DNA of 64,000 bases from Macrostomum lignano (lineage: Eukaryota), in assembly GCA_002269645.1 (NCBI GenBank), contig NIVC01000260.1, positions 186,001-250,000 on the forward strand, in the 5' to 3' direction. The translations under genes and the position numbers were made by a program. This document shows, in pieces, positions 58,871 to 64,000 of this stretch. Each line of letters begins with the position of its first letter. The first letter of the stretch is position 1. The notes under the pieces are model-generated. The model searched no databases. It saw nothing but the letters and a program-made list of their open reading frames with translations, and was not told the origin of the DNA.

Positions 58871-60261
58871 GCCATGGAAACGATTCGTGCAGTGTTATGT
58901 GTGTTGATTTTTACATCATACTTGCTTACTCCTAATATTTTATTATGATGCCTAGGATACAACTACTGTTAGTAGAAACTGAAATTCTGTGAACATGAAA
59001 ATAAAATTCAGGCAATCTTAGGAAACGTTTGAATAATTATATATTTACGATCTCTGTATTCCCCAATTCTTGAGCAACTACAGAGCAACTACAAGCGTCG
59101 CGCATGCAAAATAAAGTTGAGCGAAATTAAAATCTACCAAAGCAAAAAATAAACTTTAGTTGGCATAAATTAGATGCATATTTACCTTGGCTATAAATTT
59201 CGTACCCGATCTCTGACCAGCTTTCAGACACGCTTCAAATATATATTGACGATTTTTGATTGACTTTTTTTTGTAAAACTGTTCAACTCTGCACTTTATT
59301 AACTTTAGTTCTTCATTGAATTTGTTTAATAGTCTATGGCTTCTTTGATTGACAATTAGAAAAAGACCAATTTCTTTTTAATAGAAAGAGTTAGAAACTT
59401 TCAGAGGAACTGCCTGTGAGCAGCGGTCTCCATCCGACACACACATCGTTCGCCCTTGCGACATATACAGCAGGCCAACACGCTCGACTGTTAACGTGTC
59501 ATAGATCACTGACGATCATCTTTACGTAGACAACAAATAAATGTAAGATAATAGAGCTCTGAGACTTTACCCTTGGCCTAGGCTAGGTGTGATTCGACTC
59601 TTCACGTTGCTGACTGTCTGCTTTGGGCCATAGACATATTGCGCGTGTACCAATGCGGTACAGGTGAGAGGTAGGGGAATGAGAGGAGAGATAGGGTGAG
59701 ATGTAGGGGAATAAGAGGAGAGAGAAGGTGAGATGTCGGGGAATGAGAAGAGAGAGAGGGTGAGATGTACATGTAGGGGAAGAGAGGAGATAGAGGGTGA
59801 GAGGTAGGGGAATGATACGAGAGAGAAGTAAGAGAGGTGGGGCAGAGGGTGAGATTAAAGAAGCAAATTCATTATCAAATAAAAATATATTCAAAACACG
59901 CCAGAAGCCATGCTGAGCAATTGCTTTTGACTTTGCAGTCGATTAATTCCTGCAATCGCGTCAAATTGTAAAATCATAAATTGCGCCTCCAAATTTGATT
60001 ATTGTATCTACTCCGCATAGCATATTATAGTTGAAGAAGTTCTACGCCAATCAAAAAATACTTTTTGGTAATGAAAACCACAGTGAAGCCAGACGAAAAC
60101 TATAATAAATTAGACGACAAAATTTTCGCATCATGGTACAGCTATGCTCTCTCATAATTGTAAAATACAATCACTCAGATGACTCAAAAAAAGTTTAAAA
60201 AACGGATCACAAGCTTTTTGATGATTTGCTTTACTAACAGTTTAACGTACACGACATAACG

Positions 60262-60625
60262 GAAATCGATAAACCTGGGGGCTAGAGAGGTTGGGGCAGG
60301 CCAGAAAATCGATAAACCTGGGGGCTAGAGAGGTTGGGGCAGGCCAGAAAATCGATAAACCTGGGGGCTAGAGAGGTTGGGGCAGGCCAGAAAATCGATA
60401 AACCTGGGGGCTAGAGAGGTTGGGGCAGGCCAGAAAATCGATAAACCTGGGGGCTAGAGAGGTCGGGGCAGGCCAGATAATCGATAAACCTGGGGTACGA
60501 GTTAGGAGGGGTTATGGGCAGGCTATAAAATCGATAAACCCAGGGTAGGAGAGGTTTAGGCAGGTCAGAAAATCGATAAACCTGGGGCAAGACAGGTTGG
60601 GGACAAGCCAGAAAATCAATAAACC
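60262..60625. repeat. 43-bp minisatellite (agaaaatcgataaacctgggggctagagaggttggggcaggcc)
   Basis: 5 near-perfect and about 3 degenerate units. Confidence 0.93.
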
Positions 60626-61049
60626 CAGGGTAGGAGTGGCTAGCAGTTAAAAGTACGCTGAAAAATTCTTTAAAGAGAGACATGCATAGCAGAACTTGAA
60701 AACACTTTGACTAAAAAGGCGAAGACTAGAATTTTTTAAACGACACAGTTTGCCAGTAACACGATTTTTTGCTAGCGCAGTAAATAAGCTAAAAGCTTTT
60801 AAATAAAAACAGAGAAGTGACTCAATGTGGACTAAAACATTAAATAAATAACCAAAAATATATAGCAATATTGGTCACATGCAATAACTGCGGCATAAGT
60901 TTAAGAGAGACAAATTCAACAAGACAAAAATTCCGTGAACATTTTTTAATGTCTCGTTGTAGTTTTTAAATTAATAATTGTAGTTTTGCTGAAATAATAA
61001 CAGCTTTATATCTGACTAGCGAATGGTTCGCAGAGAGGCATCAGGATCG

Positions 61050-64000
61050 GGGTCAGAGAGGCATAAGGTTGTCAGGGGATGCGTCAGGTGAAGTGTCAGG
61101 AAGGCGTCAGGTGAAGTGTCAGGAAGGCGCCGGGTGAAGTGTCAGGAAGGCGTCAGGTGAAGTGTTAGAGAGGCGTCAGGTGAAGTGTCAGGAAGGCGCT
61201 GGGTGAAGTGTAAGGGAAGCGTCAGGTAAAGTGTCAGAGAGGCGTCAGGTGAAGTGTTAGAGAGGCGTCAGGTGAAGTGTCAGGAAGGCGCCGGGTGAAG
61301 TGTCAGGAAGGCGTCAGGTGAAGTGTTAGAGAGGCGTCAGGTGAAGTGTCAGAAAGGCGTCAGGTGAAGTGTCAGGAAGGCGTCAGGTGAAGTGTCAGAA
61401 AGGCGTCAGGTGAAGTGTCAGAAAGGCGTCAGGTGAAGTGTCAGAAAGGCGTCAGGTGAACTGTCAGGAAGGCGTCAGGTGAAGTGTCAGAGAGGCCTCA
61501 GGTGAAGTGTCAGGAAGGCGCCGGGTGAAGTGTCAGGAAGGCGTCAGGTGAAGTGTTAGAGAGGCGTCAGGTGAAGTGTCAGAAAGGCGTCAGGTGAAGT
61601 GTCAGGAAGGCGTCAGGTGAAGTGTCAGAAAGGCGCCAGGTGAAGTGTCAGAAAGGCGTCAGGTGAAGTGTCAGGAAGGCGTCAGGTGAAGTGTCAGAAA
61701 GGCGTCAGGTGAAGTGTCAGAAAGGCGTCAGGTGAACTGTCAGGAAGGCGTCAGGTGAAGTGTCAGAGAGGCCTCAGGTGAAGTGTCAGGAAGGCGCCGG
61801 GTGAAGTGTCAGGAAGGCGCCGGGTGAAGTGTCAGGAAGGCGTCAGGTGAAGTGTTAGAGAGGCGTCAGGTGAAGTGTCAGGAAGGCGCCGGGTGAAGTG
61901 TCAGGAAGGCGTCAGGTGAAGTGTCAGGAAGGCGCCGGGTGAAGTGTCAGGAAGGCGTCAGGTGAAGTGTTAGAGAGGCGTCAGGTGAAGTGTCAGGAAG
62001 GCGCTGGGTGAAGTGTAAGGGAAGCGTCAGGTAAAGTGTCAGAGAGGCGTCAGGTGAAGTGTCAGAGAGGCCTCAGGTGAAGTGTCAGGAAGGCGCCGGG
62101 TGAAGTGTCAGGAAGGCGTCAGGTGAAGTGTTAGAGAGGCGTCAGGTGAAGTGTCAGGAAGGCGCCGGGTGAAGTGTCAGGAAGGCGTCAGGTGAAGTGT
62201 CAGGAAGGCGCCGGGTGAAGTGTCAGGAAGGCGTCAGGTGAAGTGTTAGAGAGGCGTCAGGTGAAGTGTCAGGAAGGCGCTGGGTGAAGTGTAAGGGAAG
62301 CGTCAGGTAAAGTGTCAGAGAGGCGTCAGGTGAAGTGTCAGAGAGGCCTCAGGTGAAGTGTCAGGAAGGCGCCGGGTGAAGTGTCAGGAAGGCGTCAGGT
62401 GAAGTGTTATAGAGGCGTCAGGTGAAGTGTCAGAAAGGCGTCAGGTGAAGTGTCAGGAAGGCGTCAGGTGAAGTGTTAGAGAGGCGTCAGGTGAAGTGTC
62501 AGAAAGGCGTCAGGTGAAGTGTCAGGAAGGCGTCAGGTGAAGTGTCAGAAAGGCGTCAGGTGAAGTGTCAGAAAGGCGTCAGGTGAACTGTCAGGAAGGC
62601 GTCAGGTGAAGTGTCAGAGAGGCCTCAGGTGAAGTGTCAGAAAGGCGTCAGGTGAAGTGTCAGGAAGGCGTCAGGTGAAGTGTTAGAGAGGCGTCAGGTG
62701 AAGTGTCAGGAAGGCGCCGGGTGAAGTGTCAGGAAGGCGTCAGGTGAAGTGTTAGAGAGGCGTCAGGTGAAGTGTCAGGAAGGTGCCGGGTGAAGTGTCA
62801 GAGTGGCCTCAGGTGAAGTGTCAGAGAGGCGTCAGGTAAAGTGTCAGAGAGGCCTCAGGTGAAGTGTCAGAGAGGCGTCAGGTAAAGTGTCAGAGAGGCC
62901 TCAGGTGAAGTGTCAGAGAGGCGTCATGTAAAGTGTCAGAGAGGCGTCAGGTAAAGTGTCAGAGAGGCGTCAGGTGAAGTGTCAGAGAGGCCTCAGGTGA
63001 AGTGTCAGAGAGGCCTCAGGTAAAGTGTCAGGAAGGCGCCGGGTGAAGTGTCAGGAAGGCGTCAGGTGAAGTGTTAGAGAGGCGTCAGGTGAAGTGTCAG
63101 GAAGGCGCCGGGTGAAGTGTCAGGAAGGCGTCAGGTGAAGTGTCAGGAAGGCGCCGGGTGAAGTGTCAGGAAGGCGTCAGGTGAAGTGTTAGAGAGGCGT
63201 CAGGTGAAGTGTCAGGAAGGCGCTGGGTGAAGTGTAAGGGAAGCGTCAGGTAAAGTGTCAGAGAGGCGTCAGGTGAAGTGTCAGAGAGGCCTCAGGTGAA
63301 GTGTCAGGAAGGCGCCGGGTGAAGTGTCAGGAAGGCGTCAGGTGAAGTGTTAGAGAGGCGTCAGGTGAAGTGTCAGAAAGGCGTCAGGTGAAGTGTCAGG
63401 AAGGCGTCAGGTGAAGTGTCAGAAAGGCGTCAGGTGAAGTGTCAGAAAGGCGTCAGGTGAACTGTCAGGAAGGCGTCAGGTGAAGTGTCAGAGAGGCCTC
63501 AGGTGAAGTGTCAGGAAGGCGCCGGGTGAAGTGTCAGGAAGGCGTCAGGTGAAGTGTTATAGAGGCGTCAGGTGAAGTGTCAGAAAGGCGTCAGGTGAAG
63601 TGTCAGGAAGGCGTCAGGTGAAGTGTTAGAGAGGCGTCAGGTGAAGTGTCAGAAAGGCGTCAGGTGAAGTGTCAGGAAGGCGTCAGGTGAAGTGTCAGAA
63701 AGGCGTCAGGTGAAGTGTCAGAAAGGCGTCAGGTGAACTGTCAGGAAGGCGTCAGGTGAAGTGTCAGAGAGGCCTCAGGTGAAGTGTCAGGAAGGCGCCG
63801 GGTGAAGTGTCAGGAAGGCGTCAGGTGAAGTGTTAGAGAGGCGTCAGGTGAAGTGTCAGGAAGGCGCCGGGTGAAGTGTCAGGAAGGCGTCAGGTGAAGT
63901 GTTAGAGAGGCGTCAGGTGAAGTGTCAGGAAGGTGCCGGGTGAAGTGTCAGAGTGGCCTCAGGTGAAGTGTCAGAGAGGCGTCAGGTAAAGTGTCAGAGA
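61050..64000. repeat. 23-bp minisatellite (ggcgtcaggtgaagtgtcaggaa), runs off the window end
   Basis: More than 125 tandem units with recurring variant blocks. Confidence 0.98.

Noticed and set aside
59588-59668. Possible plus-strand exon (CDSTLHVADCLLWAIDILRVYQCGT|gtgag)
   Set aside because: A single short open segment with no partner exon or recognisable product.

Overview
Eukaryotic (invertebrate) genomic DNA with very dense intronic minisatellites; the architecture resembles a Macrostomum-type flatworm genome, which is an inference only. Most of the window is one minus-strand gene for a divergent IP3-receptor-family Ca2+ channel. I traced 47 exons by hand (10122-56309, about 2790 aa). 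It has a non-canonical pore filter (FGLIGD), an 18-nt microexon, a probable GC-AG intron and one apparent 1-bp frameshift. MEIG1 lies head-to-head with it (58604-58870), and a two-exon secreted-peptide-like gene lies convergent to it (7975-8398). The largest intron holds two nested LOA/R1-group non-LTR retrotransposons (APE-RT-RNase H). An intact element B (23690-29492, 12-bp TSD) is inserted into a decayed element A (19109-30630), and A sits in a 45-bp minisatellite. The main discovery candidate is in the 5' UTRs of A and B. Both fold into an HDV-like ribozyme supported by mutual covariation, with an unusual A-U/C-G P1.1 and a 150-170 nt structured J1/2 insert. A covarying 3' UTR structure is shared by three copies. 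All structures and splice models were derived by eye; no folding, alignment or database search was run. Repeat boundaries are approximate.
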